Shown: one piece after another, positions 48,501 to 58,260 of the stretch
Layout: each line of letters starts with the position of its first letter
Position numbering within the stretch: position 1 is the first letter of the stretch
Assembly: GCA_050952625.1 (NCBI GenBank)
Contig: JBMNLH010000001.1
Span: 1,440,001 to 1,504,000, forward strand
Direction of reading: 5' to 3'
Length of the DNA: 64,000 nucleotides
DNA from: Bacillota bacterium
Lineage (GTDB): Bacteria > Bacillota > Ch66 > Ch109
Made by a program: the position numbers and the translations under genes
The notes under the pieces: generated by a model
What the model was told of the DNA's origin: nothing
Databases searched by the model: none
The model's input: only the letters and a program-made list of their open reading frames with translations

Positions 48501-49241
48501 TTAATCACCAAGAATCCCCTGGTTTTTGCCGTGAGGAGTTGTCAATTCCCGATTGCGTTCCTGCCAGATCGTTTTCCCGACAAATATGAGAATGCTCAGC
48601 GCAAACAAGATCAATAATCCAAAAACAAATGTCTTCACACTACCAACCAGCATATCCCCTACATAAGAGTAGATCAAGGTAGCCGGTAGCTGCCCCAGGC
48701 CGGTCGCCCAGAAAAATTCCCAAAAACCAATTGCCGTTAAACCAGCTGCATAACTAACGATATCAAAGGAAACAAAAGGTAATAGGCGGGCAACCAAAAC
48801 AGCCCATTTCCCATACTTTTCGAAAAAGATATCTACCTGCTTTAAAGCCGACCGAGTAGTTAGTTTTTCGACAACTGACCGTCCATAAACCCGAGCAATT
48901 GCATAACACAAAACAGCACCAACCATAGCACTACTCCAGGATAGGATCGCCCCCTTAACCCAGCCAAATAAACCAGCATTGGCAAAAGTAATGACAAACG
49001 CAGGCAGCGGAGCAATTAAAGATTGAAAAACCATCAATAAAAAGGAAACAACCGGTGCCCACAACCCAAAAGACAGGATATATCCTTTGACCACCGAAAC
49101 GTTAACCATGGATAAAATGAAAATTGCTTGTTTTACGGCTGCCTGAAATGGGCCGACAAACAGATAAAGGCAAACCGGTACAACAATAATCGCCAGCTTA
49201 AACCATAGTTTGTTCCATAATTTGTCTTTTTCACTTATCAT
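48501..49241 (-). CDS. TVP38/TMEM64 (DedA/VTT, YdjZ-like) membrane protein
   Basis: QSLIAPLPAFVITFANAGLFG, RLLPFVSFDIVSYAAG, TGLGQLP. Confidence 0.92.
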   Translation of the reverse strand: MISEKDKLWNKLWFKLAIIVVPVCLYLFVGPFQAAVKQAIFILSMVNVSVVKGYILSFGLWAPVVSFLLMVFQSLIAPLPAFVITFANAGLFGWVKGAILSWSSAMVGAVLCYAIARVYGRSVVEKLTTRSALKQVDIFFEKYGKWAVLVARLLPFVSFDIVSYAAGLTAIGFWEFFWATGLGQLPATLIYSYVGDMLVGSVKTFVFGLLILFALSILIFVGKTIWQERNRELTTPHGKNQGILGD

Positions 49242-49289
49242 AAATAAACTTCCCTTTTCGATAAGACATATGTCCTGACTGTCTTTCAA

Positions 49290-50288
49290 TCACAACTTAA
49301 AAAATCGGGATGGACCCTCTAATACTTTCCACTCTGCTTCACTAAAGATGCTTTGACACCGGTTTACGTCATAACCTCGGCTATGCTCCGTATTATTAAC
49401 GGTATCCCGAGGATTAGACCCAGCTTCTGCCCACAGTAAATTGGCTCCGGCGATGGCTCCTAACACATTTGGCTCGTGGGTACAGTTTCCGGGAATCGCA
49501 AGACCCATCGCCAGCCGAACTACCGCAAGAATATGGGCCATCCGGGCTTCACTAACCATTCCCTGAGTACTCAGACTGGTTCCGGGGATGCCGATGCGTC
49601 GGGCTGCCCCGCTGAAGACTGGTCGAGCTTTCCGGGTGATGATCGTTTTTTCAACCAGTTCGTCCTGGCTGTGTTCCGGTCCGACTGGCTCCACGCAGGT
49701 ACCCAACTGAAGCCCAGCTTTAGCGGCTGCTTGAAAGGAATTCAGACGTTTTTGGATTTCAATCCGGGTCACCTGTCCCTCCCCTAGACGCACAGCATGG
49801 TAAACACCGGTAAAGCCTGTTTCTTTTAAAGCCATGGCTTCTTGATCGCCAAAATCGCCAATATTAGCAATTAATGGAATCTCCTTTTTTAATTCCTGCC
49901 GAACTACTTTTCCGATACGTAAAAACTGGTCAAGTCTAAAGTTCGCGGTTGCCATAAGGTAGATCGCATTGGCCCCGGCCTTTTGTAATTCAAGGCATTT
50001 TCTGATGATATCCTCTAGGGGTTCCACCCGGTGCTTTTTGAAGATCCGATTACTGGCAGCAAAAGAACAGAAACCGCAATCACACGGACATGGCCCGCTG
50101 TTAACTCCCACCTGGCCATGGACCTCGGCCTGTCCGTTAGAGCTTTCTTCACTCATCTTTCTTGCGGCCAGCTGAATCTGCGACGACTCTTCGGTAAAAA
50201 GCGGAACAGCAAATAGGGCCCGAATCTCTGCGACTTCGAGCTGCCGGCCAGCCAGAGCTTGATCAACAATAGTTTTAATGGTAGTCAT
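49290..50288 (-). CDS. Radical SAM protein, biotin-synthase-like superfamily branch
   Basis: CPCDCGFC; full barrel length with N-terminal helical hairpin; C-terminal AGANLLW.EAG.NPRD; start after GGAAGGAG. Confidence 0.8.
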   Translation of the reverse strand: MTTIKTIVDQALAGRQLEVAEIRALFAVPLFTEESSQIQLAARKMSEESSNGQAEVHGQVGVNSGPCPCDCGFCSFAASNRIFKKHRVEPLEDIIRKCLELQKAGANAIYLMATANFRLDQFLRIGKVVRQELKKEIPLIANIGDFGDQEAMALKETGFTGVYHAVRLGEGQVTRIEIQKRLNSFQAAAKAGLQLGTCVEPVGPEHSQDELVEKTIITRKARPVFSGAARRIGIPGTSLSTQGMVSEARMAHILAVVRLAMGLAIPGNCTHEPNVLGAIAGANLLWAEAGSNPRDTVNNTEHSRGYDVNRCQSIFSEAEWKVLEGPSRFFKL

Positions 50289-50290
50289 AT

Positions 50291-51025
50291 TTATGGCCAA
50301 ACTCCTTCCGCATATTTTTGCACAATCCGTTTTGCACACTGATATGCATTTAACTTTTGATACTCTTGATTATCGCTTAACTGGCCTCGTTCATAGAAAT
50401 AAAGCAGGTCCGGCCAGGTGTCAATGTCCGCTTTGATTTCTAACATAGAACAAATTAGACCTTTTTTAACAGTTGCCTCTAGTGTCCGCTGAAAAACAGT
50501 CTCTGTCCCCCAGGGTATATTATAAAATAGTTCTGGATGGACCTTTTTCATACCTAACAGGTAGTAACCTCCATCCACTGCTGGTCCTAGAACCAGATCA
50601 CTTACCGCCAAGCTCAAGATCGCCCGTCTCAACAGCTCGGGGCTAAGATCAGGTAAATCACTGCCAAGCAAAATAACCGCCTCATACAATGAGAGGATGT
50701 CCTCAGCGGCATGCAACATTCTTTCGCCCAGTTCATGCCCTATTTGCGGCTTTATCTGAAAGTTGCGGTATTCTGTCGGAAGCAAAGACCATAGCTCATC
50801 CTGTGACCACTGGACCAACCTTGTTACTTGGTAATCAATTTCGGCCGTGTTGCCTGTATAATAAAGGTAACCAGGCAGGTCTGCGTTTCGAACATGGTGG
50901 TAGATATCTAGTAAACAGGCCCGGTGAAAAGCGGCACACTCATCGCCCGATAGTTTGGTCATTAAACGCGTCTTGGTAACTCCAGCTACTGGAAGCCTGC
51001 TCATAATCACTACAGCCGCCCTCAT
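50291..51025 (-). CDS. TIGR04282 family glycosyltransferase (DUF2064)
   Basis: P..G.TKTRL, Q.G..LGERM, LGSD.P.L, VLGPA.DGGYYLLGM, IPWGT..V, DIDT..DL. Confidence 0.92.
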   Translation of the reverse strand: MRAAVVIMSRLPVAGVTKTRLMTKLSGDECAAFHRACLLDIYHHVRNADLPGYLYYTGNTAEIDYQVTRLVQWSQDELWSLLPTEYRNFQIKPQIGHELGERMLHAAEDILSLYEAVILLGSDLPDLSPELLRRAILSLAVSDLVLGPAVDGGYYLLGMKKVHPELFYNIPWGTETVFQRTLEATVKKGLICSMLEIKADIDTWPDLLYFYERGQLSDNQEYQKLNAYQCAKRIVQKYAEGVWP

Positions 51026-51088
51026 ACTGCCTCCTGGGAATTAGAATTTTATAAACAAGCCCGGTGGTAGGACTGGAGTTTTGTCCCC

Positions 51089-51787
51089 TCATCCAACCTT
51101 ACGAGGATTAACACCATACCATTGCAACAGTCGTTCCGGCTTAACTCCCAATCGATACAGGATTTTTATTACCTGCATTTTACAAATCGTCCGCAGTAGA
51201 CCCCCTTCATAGAACCGACGGGCACTAGTTTCAACCTTACCCGTGATTACATGAGCCCGCTTCAGCCGACGCAGGGTCCGTGAAAACTCAAGATCTTCCA
51301 AAAAGACCATCTCTGGAAACTGGCCAGCTTGAAAAAATAGATCTCTCTGGCAAAAGATCCCTTGGTCTCCATAACAACTGCTCAAACAACGGGCTCTAAG
51401 GTTGGAAAATAAGGCAATGATAGAGAAAAATATTGACTTATCGTTAAATGCCAGGGTGCAACATCCCCATTGATAACCGCGAGATAATGCCGCCCGAATG
51501 TCAGTCAATGTTCGTTCTTCAATCACTGAATCCGCATGGAGAAAGAACAGAATATCGCCGGAAGCTTTCTGAGCACCCGTATTTAACTGGACACCGCGGC
51601 CAGGGGCTGAATTAAGCACCTGAACCGGATAGTGCCGGCATATCTTAACCGTCTCGTCCCGGCTTCCCCCATCACTGACAATAATTTCGATTCCGGGCCA
51701 AGCTACTAATTGTTCGAGTAGACCACCAATCTGCTCTTCTTCATTAAGCGTGGGGATGATGATTGAGATTTTCTGAGGCACTGGCAT
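51089..51787 (-). CDS. TIGR04283 family GT2 glycosyltransferase
   Basis: ISIIIPTLNEE, DGGSRD, GRGVQLN.GA, FLHADS, YGDQGIF, EDLE, TSARR. Confidence 0.92.
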   Translation of the reverse strand: MPVPQKISIIIPTLNEEEQIGGLLEQLVAWPGIEIIVSDGGSRDETVKICRHYPVQVLNSAPGRGVQLNTGAQKASGDILFFLHADSVIEERTLTDIRAALSRGYQWGCCTLAFNDKSIFFSIIALFSNLRARCLSSCYGDQGIFCQRDLFFQAGQFPEMVFLEDLEFSRTLRRLKRAHVITGKVETSARRFYEGGLLRTICKMQVIKILYRLGVKPERLLQWYGVNPRKVG

Positions 51788-52196
51788 CCAAAACGCCCTC
51801 CCACTCTCTAACCAGCATTTCCACAGCTTGCCCGGTCAGTTCAATACAGGCCCGATTGCCGATATTTTGCAAGACATGACGCTTTTTCTTGATTACCCGG
51901 CAGCAGGTAGCACCAAATTGCTGTTTAAATATATCATGCAGCAGACCCGACAATTTGGGGCCCAGCGGATGAGAAGAATGCCTCTCTAGAACCCCAGAGA
52001 CCATAATCATCCCCGCCAGAGCCCCGCAGGTACACCCACTGCCCATACCTCCGCCGAACAGGGAAGCGGCGGCCAGGATATCCTCGCCGACGGGCACGGC
52101 CAGGACCTGGCTAGCAGCAATAATTACTGATTGACAGCAGTTATGGCCGCACTTCATTTGTTCCTGGGCAATCCGAGCTGCTTTTGACGCTAACAT
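51744..52196 (-). CDS. C-GCAxxG-C-C family putative redox protein
   Basis: NCCQSV, FGGGMG, TCGALAG, FGATCC, C..LT. Confidence 0.9.
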   Translation of the reverse strand: MLASKAARIAQEQMKCGHNCCQSVIIAASQVLAVPVGEDILAAASLFGGGMGSGCTCGALAGMIMVSGVLERHSSHPLGPKLSGLLHDIFKQQFGATCCRVIKKKRHVLQNIGNRACIELTGQAVEMLVREWEGVLDASASENLNHHPHA

Positions 52197-53133
52197 CAGC
52201 TATCTCTCCTCTAGTTCGCTGATTCAGCCATACCCAGCCTCCATAGAGGCTGCACAAACTTACCAAAAATGCAAAGAGTAAAGAAGAAGCAAAGGCAGTC
52301 CCTTTGACTACACCATAGGAGGCGAGTAGGAACACGTAGGCTCCCTCCCTTAATCCATAGCCGTTAATCCCGACCGGTAACATAGCGGCAACCGAAGTAA
52401 CCGGGATAATATAAAGCGCATCCCACCAAAGTAGGTTGGAGATTTGCAGAGCTTGAAAAATAGATAGATTAACCCCAACAACTGAGACCTGGAAGGCAAC
52501 TGATAAGACCCCAACATAAATGATTCGGTACCACTGCCCTTGGAGACAACGACCGTGGCTTTCAATGCCTCTGAGAAAGTTTAATAGTCGGCCGGTCCGC
52601 TTGTTTGTCCAGGCAGGCAGATGTCCCCAGAGGATGAGGCTCAGCAGTCCCAAACTAACCAGAACGAGCAGTAAAAAGAGCATGACCGCCTTTCGATCCG
52701 GTTGAACCACGAAAAAACTGGCCATTAAGCCGGTTAGGGCTAGACCGCCGGTGGCCAGGATGCGCTCAACGACTACCGAGGCGACAGCCCCGGGTGTATC
52801 ACCAGTGGCTTCTCGGACCCAGTAGATCCGCCAGGCATCCCCACCGATACTGGATGGCAGGAAATTGTTTAAGAAAAGTCCTGTCCAGTAGGCTTGCCAC
52901 AGTTCTTTCCATTTTAAGTTTATACCTTGAGCTTTTAAGACTGCCTGCCATTTCGCCACGCTCAAGAGCATGGAGATAATAATCCAGACAACCGCCAGCG
53001 TTATCCAGGTAAGTTTGACACTGGTTAACACCTGAAGCAATTGGGGCCAGTCGATCGAGTACGCTAGCCAGCCCATTAGGGCAACGGAGACAATACCGCG
53101 CCCAAGAATATTCCACAGCGACTGCTTACCCAT
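52141..53133 (-). CDS. Lysylphosphatidylglycerol synthase TM-domain (flippase-like, YbhN/UPF0104) protein
   Basis: NNFLPSSIGGD..R, VERI, LPVGINGYGLREG. Confidence 0.88.
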   Translation of the reverse strand: MGKQSLWNILGRGIVSVALMGWLAYSIDWPQLLQVLTSVKLTWITLAVVWIIISMLLSVAKWQAVLKAQGINLKWKELWQAYWTGLFLNNFLPSSIGGDAWRIYWVREATGDTPGAVASVVVERILATGGLALTGLMASFFVVQPDRKAVMLFLLLVLVSLGLLSLILWGHLPAWTNKRTGRLLNFLRGIESHGRCLQGQWYRIIYVGVLSVAFQVSVVGVNLSIFQALQISNLLWWDALYIIPVTSVAAMLPVGINGYGLREGAYVFLLASYGVVKGTAFASSLLFAFLVSLCSLYGGWVWLNQRTRGEIADVSVKSSSDCPGTNEVRP

Positions 53134-53277
53134 GAAGATAATGTCCCTATCTTTTTAATTGATGGGTAGAATAGCCCAATAAGCTATCTGCCAGTTACCA
53201 TGCAACGTAACCGGCAGAGCTTTTGTGTTAATTCTTGCTTAATAAATGGTTACCAACTGATAGCGATAATTATTGTT

Positions 53278-54210
53278 CTATCTTTCAACTGTTAAAGACT
53301 GGTTGCCAGCCCACTCGTGATAGGAAGCGTCATAGTTCCTGGCTTTAGTAAAGCCGACCATTCTCATAACCTGGGACATGTGAGCTGACCGAATACCGGC
53401 GGTGCAGTAAGTTACTATCTCATCATCTAGATTGAGTCCAGCCGCCGTAAACAACTGCTTGATTTCGTCCGAGCTCTTTAAGGTACCATCCTGGTTAAAC
53501 ATATTTTCAAACGGGAGGCTGATGGCTCCAGGCAGATGCCCGCCACGGACTTCACCATAATCAGTCGCCCCACCATATTCCTTACTGGAACGGGAGTCGA
53601 CAATCTTAATGTTCTTCTGGTTGCTGATAATCCAATCAGTGGTGGCATTCATGCTTTCATCAAGGCTGGCTATCTCAAACTTTACCGGGGCTGGTTGAAC
53701 TTTATCCTTACTAATCTCATCATTTATTGCTTTCCAGGCCGCTAGGCCACCGTCCAATATTTTAACATCCTTAATACCGGCCATTTTTAACATCCACAGA
53801 ATACGGCCGTCTTCACCCCAACCCGGCGGTTGGGCATAAACGATAACTGGTTTATCTCCGCTAACCCCTAATTGGCCGATCTTAGCCGCTAGTTGCTCTT
53901 TGGGCAACAACACGCCCCAACCAGGGTCACCCGGTTTTTTGCCTTCCATACTGGTAAAGCTCTGCCACACGGCACTAACCGCCCCGGGAATATGACCAGA
54001 ATTGTAATCCTTCTCAGGCCTGGCATCAATAACTACTACGTCGCTCAGGTTAGCCTTAAGCCAGTTCGCATCAACAAAAAGGGTACTTTTTAATTGGTCC
54101 ATTTGGGCAGACTGGTTTTCCGGTGGTGCTGGGGTGTTCCCGCCACAACCCACAAGACTGACCAGCATCACCACTAATAAGGACAGAACCGCGACTTTTC
54201 TTCCCCACAT
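53278..54210 (-). CDS. Tandem-rhodanese sulfurtransferase lipoprotein
   Basis: Lipobox LVGC; GHIPGA twice; active loop YCTAGIRS; YDASYHEW. Confidence 0.92.
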   Translation of the reverse strand: MWGRKVAVLSLLVVMLVSLVGCGGNTPAPPENQSAQMDQLKSTLFVDANWLKANLSDVVVIDARPEKDYNSGHIPGAVSAVWQSFTSMEGKKPGDPGWGVLLPKEQLAAKIGQLGVSGDKPVIVYAQPPGWGEDGRILWMLKMAGIKDVKILDGGLAAWKAINDEISKDKVQPAPVKFEIASLDESMNATTDWIISNQKNIKIVDSRSSKEYGGATDYGEVRGGHLPGAISLPFENMFNQDGTLKSSDEIKQLFTAAGLNLDDEIVTYCTAGIRSAHMSQVMRMVGFTKARNYDASYHEWAGNQSLTVER

Positions 54211-54308
54211 GAATCTCGTACCTCCTCAAACAAAATCAAAAATTATAACTTCCTACTATATAAATTATAACTACCTGGTATATTATAACAGAACGGACGT
54301 TATACGTC

Positions 54309-54328
54309 TAATAACTATTAGTTATAGG
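54309..54328. promoter_or_regulatory. LysR-type T-N11-A palindrome upstream of the rhodanese operon
   Basis: ATAACTATTAGTTAT dyad about 100 nt upstream of the start. Confidence 0.45.
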
Positions 54329-54377
54329 AGGTTCGTGTTAGTACTTGTTTTAGTTATAGTTTGCCAGCTTTGAGTTG

Positions 54378-54494
54378 TTTATCTGAGTTCAAAAGATCCC
54401 TACTTCTATAAGTGGGGGTTACCATGTTCACACTCCAGGTGGAGTAGAGTCCCCACCTGAGGCTCCGATGTTCAGCGAAGCTGAACGAGTTCAC
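54378..54494 (+). mobile_element. PATE-like miniature element, copy 2
   Basis: TTTAT-CTGAGTTCAAAAGA...GTTCAGCGAAGCTGAAC-GAGTTCAC. Confidence 0.65.
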
Positions 54495-54498
54495 TGCC

Positions 54499-56685
54499 TC
54501 ACCCCTGAGATGAATGTTTGACTCCAAGAAGCCTCATCCCGTTTAACGTTACCAACAGCGAACTGCCCATGTCTCCGACGATCGCCAGCCACAAGGTTAA
54601 CCAACCGGGGATAACCAGGAGTAGAATCACTCCTTTGATAGCCAGGGAAAGAACAATATTCTGCTTGATGATACGCTGGGTTCGTCGACTCAGGTCAATG
54701 GTGTAAGGTAATTTAGACAAATCATCCGTCATTAGGGCAATATCGGCGGTTTCCAGAGCTGTATCAGTCCCAGCTGCACCCATAGCAATGCCCACAGTCG
54801 CGCTGGCCAGGGCCGGGGCATCGTTGACGCCATCCCCGACCATGGCCACTTTAGCGTGTTCCGCCATCAACTTTTTTATCGCAACTGCTTTATCTTTCGG
54901 CAACAAATCTGCCTTAACCTCGTCCACTCCTAGGTTGCTGGCAATCGCACGGGCGGTCCGCTCATTATCCCCGGTCAGCATCACCACTTTATTAAGGCCG
55001 ACTTTTTTCAGTTGCTCAATAGCTGCTCGACTAGTATTTCTTAAACCATCAGCTACGGCGATCGACCCGAGGATCTTTTCTTCATCGCCCAGGACCATCG
55101 CTGTTTTGCCTTCCTGTTGAAGCTGGGTAATCGCTGCTTCCACCTTGGCTAGGGAAATCCCTTGTTCCTGAAAGAAACCCACCTTGCCGATGGAGTATTT
55201 TCGACGATTAACTATACCCTGGGCCCCTTTACCCAAAACTGCTTCGAATTGGGTTACTGATGGGATAGTAATTCCTTGTTCTTTGGCATAATTTACAATT
55301 GCTTCCCCCAGCGGGTGGCCGGAGCGGGACTCAATGGCGGAAGCCAGGGTGAGTAGTTCCTCACGGCTGCTGCCGTTTAAGGGAAGGATATCGGTTACCT
55401 GGGGTTTGCCCTGCGTGAGGGTGCCGGTCTTATCAAAGGCAATGACCGAAAGGTTCCCGATTTCTTCCAGGTAGGCCCCGCCTTTGATTAAAACCCCGTT
55501 CCGGGCGGCACTGCTAATCGCGGAAGCAATTGATACTGGAGTGGAGATAACCAACGCACAGGGGCAGGCGACCAACAGCATGGCCAGGGCCTCATAAAAC
55601 CACTGATTAAAGGACTGGTTAAAAGCCAGCGGGGGGATTATGGCCACCAAGGCCGCCGCCATAATCACCAGAGGGGTATAGTAACGAGCGAACTTGTCGA
55701 TAAACTGTTGGGAGGGGGCCCGCTGGCCCTGGGCTTCTTCGACCAGATGAATAATCCGGGCCAGGGTGTTATCTTTGGCCAGTTTCGTGACCGCAATTTC
55801 CAGAGCCCCCTGCTCATTGATCGTCCCGGCAAACACCTCGTCGCCGGGTTGTTTATCCACCGGCAAAGACTCACCGGTAATCGGGGCCTGGTTGACCGTG
55901 GAGGCACCCCTGACGACCCGGCCATCCATGGGGATCCGTTCCCCTGGTCGCACGATTACTGTGTCGTCAAGGCGAATCGCCTCAACTGGCAGTATCATTT
56001 CCTGATTGTTGCGCCGAACCAGAGCCTCGTTGGGGGTTAGTTCCATCAAGGCCCGAATTGAATTCCGGGTCTTATCCAGGGTATAGCCCTGCAGGGCATT
56101 GCCCAGGGAAAACAGGAAGACCACGACCGCGCCTTCCTCAAGCTGACCGATCGCGACGGCCCCAAGCACGGCCAGCATCATTAAAGTGTTCATGTCTAGC
56201 TCCCGCGCTTTCAGCAGCATTGCCAAACCATTTTTCGCCGGGAGATAGCCGCCCAAGACGATTCCAATGAGATAGATGGGGTGGACAATTGAGTCCGGCA
56301 AGCCCACTAAATGCTGCAGGCTAACGGCCAGGCCGATGATCGCTCCTGAAATAATCGTTGATCGAGCATATCTATTAGTCTTCCAGAATGCAGCTGGCGG
56401 TTGATCATTGGCCTTCGCTCCTTCCAGGGTTCCGCTGTAGCCGAGTTCTTCGATGATGTGCATCAGCTCCGCTATTGACCCACGGTGGGTGACATCTAGT
56501 TTGGCGGCCCCAAAATTAACACGGGCGGTTTCTACCTCGGGGACCGCTTGGATCCTTTTTTCTAACTTGGCTGCGCAATCGGCACAATCCAGACCGCTGA
56601 TTCGGATGGTGGTATCTCGGAGAATGGTTCCGGTACTATGGTCAGTTGTTAGATCCTTCATGTTGATTTCCACTGCTTTCCCCAT
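54499..56685 (-). CDS. cadA: Zn/Cd/Pb-translocating P1B-type ATPase
   Basis: HMA GLDCADC, TGES, CPC, DKTGT, GDGVND; K and D residues in the last TMs typical of P1B-2. Confidence 0.9.
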   Translation of the reverse strand: MGKAVEINMKDLTTDHSTGTILRDTTIRISGLDCADCAAKLEKRIQAVPEVETARVNFGAAKLDVTHRGSIAELMHIIEELGYSGTLEGAKANDQPPAAFWKTNRYARSTIISGAIIGLAVSLQHLVGLPDSIVHPIYLIGIVLGGYLPAKNGLAMLLKARELDMNTLMMLAVLGAVAIGQLEEGAVVVFLFSLGNALQGYTLDKTRNSIRALMELTPNEALVRRNNQEMILPVEAIRLDDTVIVRPGERIPMDGRVVRGASTVNQAPITGESLPVDKQPGDEVFAGTINEQGALEIAVTKLAKDNTLARIIHLVEEAQGQRAPSQQFIDKFARYYTPLVIMAAALVAIIPPLAFNQSFNQWFYEALAMLLVACPCALVISTPVSIASAISSAARNGVLIKGGAYLEEIGNLSVIAFDKTGTLTQGKPQVTDILPLNGSSREELLTLASAIESRSGHPLGEAIVNYAKEQGITIPSVTQFEAVLGKGAQGIVNRRKYSIGKVGFFQEQGISLAKVEAAITQLQQEGKTAMVLGDEEKILGSIAVADGLRNTSRAAIEQLKKVGLNKVVMLTGDNERTARAIASNLGVDEVKADLLPKDKAVAIKKLMAEHAKVAMVGDGVNDAPALASATVGIAMGAAGTDTALETADIALMTDDLSKLPYTIDLSRRTQRIIKQNIVLSLAIKGVILLLVIPGWLTLWLAIVGDMGSSLLVTLNGMRLLGVKHSSQG

Positions 56686-56724
56686 TCTTTCATCCCCCTT
56701 GCGGTATATATAACTACACTCTCT

Positions 56725-57123
56725 TCACTCCATGACGTGCTCCAGCCCTTGCCCAAACAACTTCTCGATATGCTTGTCTGCTAAAGAGTAGTATAAGACC
56801 TTGCCGTCCCGCCTAAATCTGACTAATTTTTGGTTTCGCAACACCCTTAATTGGTGAGAAACAGCTGACTCCGATACCCCAATTACGGCGGCCAGATCAC
56901 AAACACATAATTCGTGGTTCATTAGGGCAAACAGCAGGTTAACCCGTGTAGGATCGCCTAGGGTTTTAAAAAGTTCGGCTAATGACCGAGCAATGTCTAC
57001 GTCAATCATTCGCTCGCGCACTTCTTTAACGCTGTCTTCATGAATGCAGGTTATGTCACAGCGGTCAACTACGATTTCTTGGTTAATTGCCTGACTTACT
57101 TTTCGATTCAGTTCCTTGGTCAT
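56725..57123 (-). CDS. ArsR/SmtB family metalloregulator (CadC/ZiaR-like)
   Basis: N-terminal CxxxC, ELCVCDLA, SAVSHQLR, alpha5 DKH-x10-HVME. Confidence 0.93.
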   Translation of the reverse strand: MTKELNRKVSQAINQEIVVDRCDITCIHEDSVKEVRERMIDVDIARSLAELFKTLGDPTRVNLLFALMNHELCVCDLAAVIGVSESAVSHQLRVLRNQKLVRFRRDGKVLYYSLADKHIEKLFGQGLEHVME

Positions 57124-57181
57124 TCTTTTATTCCCACCCCCGTAATTCAGATATTTTTCTCTTAATATTTTTCACTTAGGT

Positions 57182-57207
57182 AACATATGAACAGATATTC
57201 AAATGTT
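57182..57207. promoter_or_regulatory. SmtB-type inverted-repeat operator
   Basis: AACATATGAA-cagata-TTCAAATGTT upstream of the regulator. Confidence 0.8.
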
Positions 57208-57335
57208 CAGTTATAAGTTTATACGTTTATGGTAACTTGGTCAACTGGAAAACCATTTTATATGGTTATCCTTTACCAAACCTTCTCTTTATGCAAAGAA
57301 TAGAATATAATATTTACAAAAGAAGGTGTTTTGAG

Positions 57336-58260
57336 ATGGACGCAAGAATAACAAAACACAATAATGACATCATCATGAAAGCAATGATTGAAACATTTAA
57401 GGATAAGACCCTGAAGGTATTTGGCCTCGAAACCGCTAAGATAGTTGAAGTTATTCCAACTGTTTTACCTGTGCTAGAGGTCAAAGAGAATCGGACCTCC
57501 GATTGGGCAACCTCCTGGAAGGAAGCTGGAAAACGTGCTAGAGGTCAAAGAGAATCGGACCGACTATATTTTTCTCTTGGAGGACAATACCTTATTACAC
57601 TTGGAATTTGCTACCGCTATCACAAAGGGAATCCTGAACCGGTTTGCTCTATACGATGCAAGACTTATTAGCCGAGATGATCGACATGTTAATACAGCAG
57701 TTGTCTATTCTGGGCGAGTGGAGACAGCACCAAGTGTACTGAAAAGGGGATCAATTACTTACCGTGTTACAAATGTCTATATGAAAAGTTTTGATGGCGA
57801 CTTGGAGTACCAACGATTGCGCGATAAAATTGAGAATAATGAAACCCTGACCGAGGAAGATACCCTGAAGCTGGTTTTTCTACCCCTGATGAAAAGTGAG
57901 AATTCCGAAGACGAGATGGCCATTCAAGCCGCGGAACTGGCTAAGGAGATCAAGGGAGAGATCAAGACGCTTATTATCGGAGCAATTGTCGCTATTACCG
58001 ATAAATTTATGGCTGAGAACTACAAGAAAAAACTGCTGGAGGTGTTAAGGATGACCCAAATTGAGCAGTGGATCAGGGAAGAAGGTAAAATAGAAGGCAG
58101 ATTAGAAGGTAGATTAGAAGGTAGACTAGAAGGTAAACTAGAAGGCAAAATAGAAATTGCCAAGGCAGCGTTAAAAGAGGGCGCGGATATTGAGTTCGTT
58201 GCTAAAATAACTGGGTTGAGCAACGAAGTTATTCTTAATTTAAAAAGAGAATTGAATTAG
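57336..58260 (+). pseudogene. Rpn/YhgA-like PD-(D/E)xK nuclease, interrupted by a 64-bp insertion
   Basis: HNNDIIMK...RTDYIF.L.D..LLHLEF...YD; EG[KR][LI] tandem repeats; 27-bp duplication plus 37 bp shifts the frame. Confidence 0.8.
58051..58260 (+). CDS. Internal in-frame small protein (RpnS-like antitoxin candidate), 69 aa
   Basis: SD GGAGGT 7 nt before ATG 58051; MTQIEQWIREEGKIEGRLEG...ITGLS. Confidence 0.65.
   Translation: MTQIEQWIREEGKIEGRLEGRLEGRLEGKLEGKIEIAKAALKEGADIEFVAKITGLSNEVILNLKRELN

Noticed and set aside
49290-50288. Calling this rSAM bioB
   Set aside because: No bio genes nearby and the BioB YNHN motif is absent; only superfamily-level similarity is supportable.
48501-54210. 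Selenocysteine in the TIGR04282/04283 operon
   Set aside because: No in-frame TGA at Cys-equivalent positions in the rhodanese, C-GCAxxG-C-C or rSAM ORFs.
57471-57561. Mini-CRISPR (repeat-spacer-repeat)
   Set aside because: The repeat is the gene's own coding sequence, is not palindromic, and has no leader or cas; kept as an insertion scar instead.
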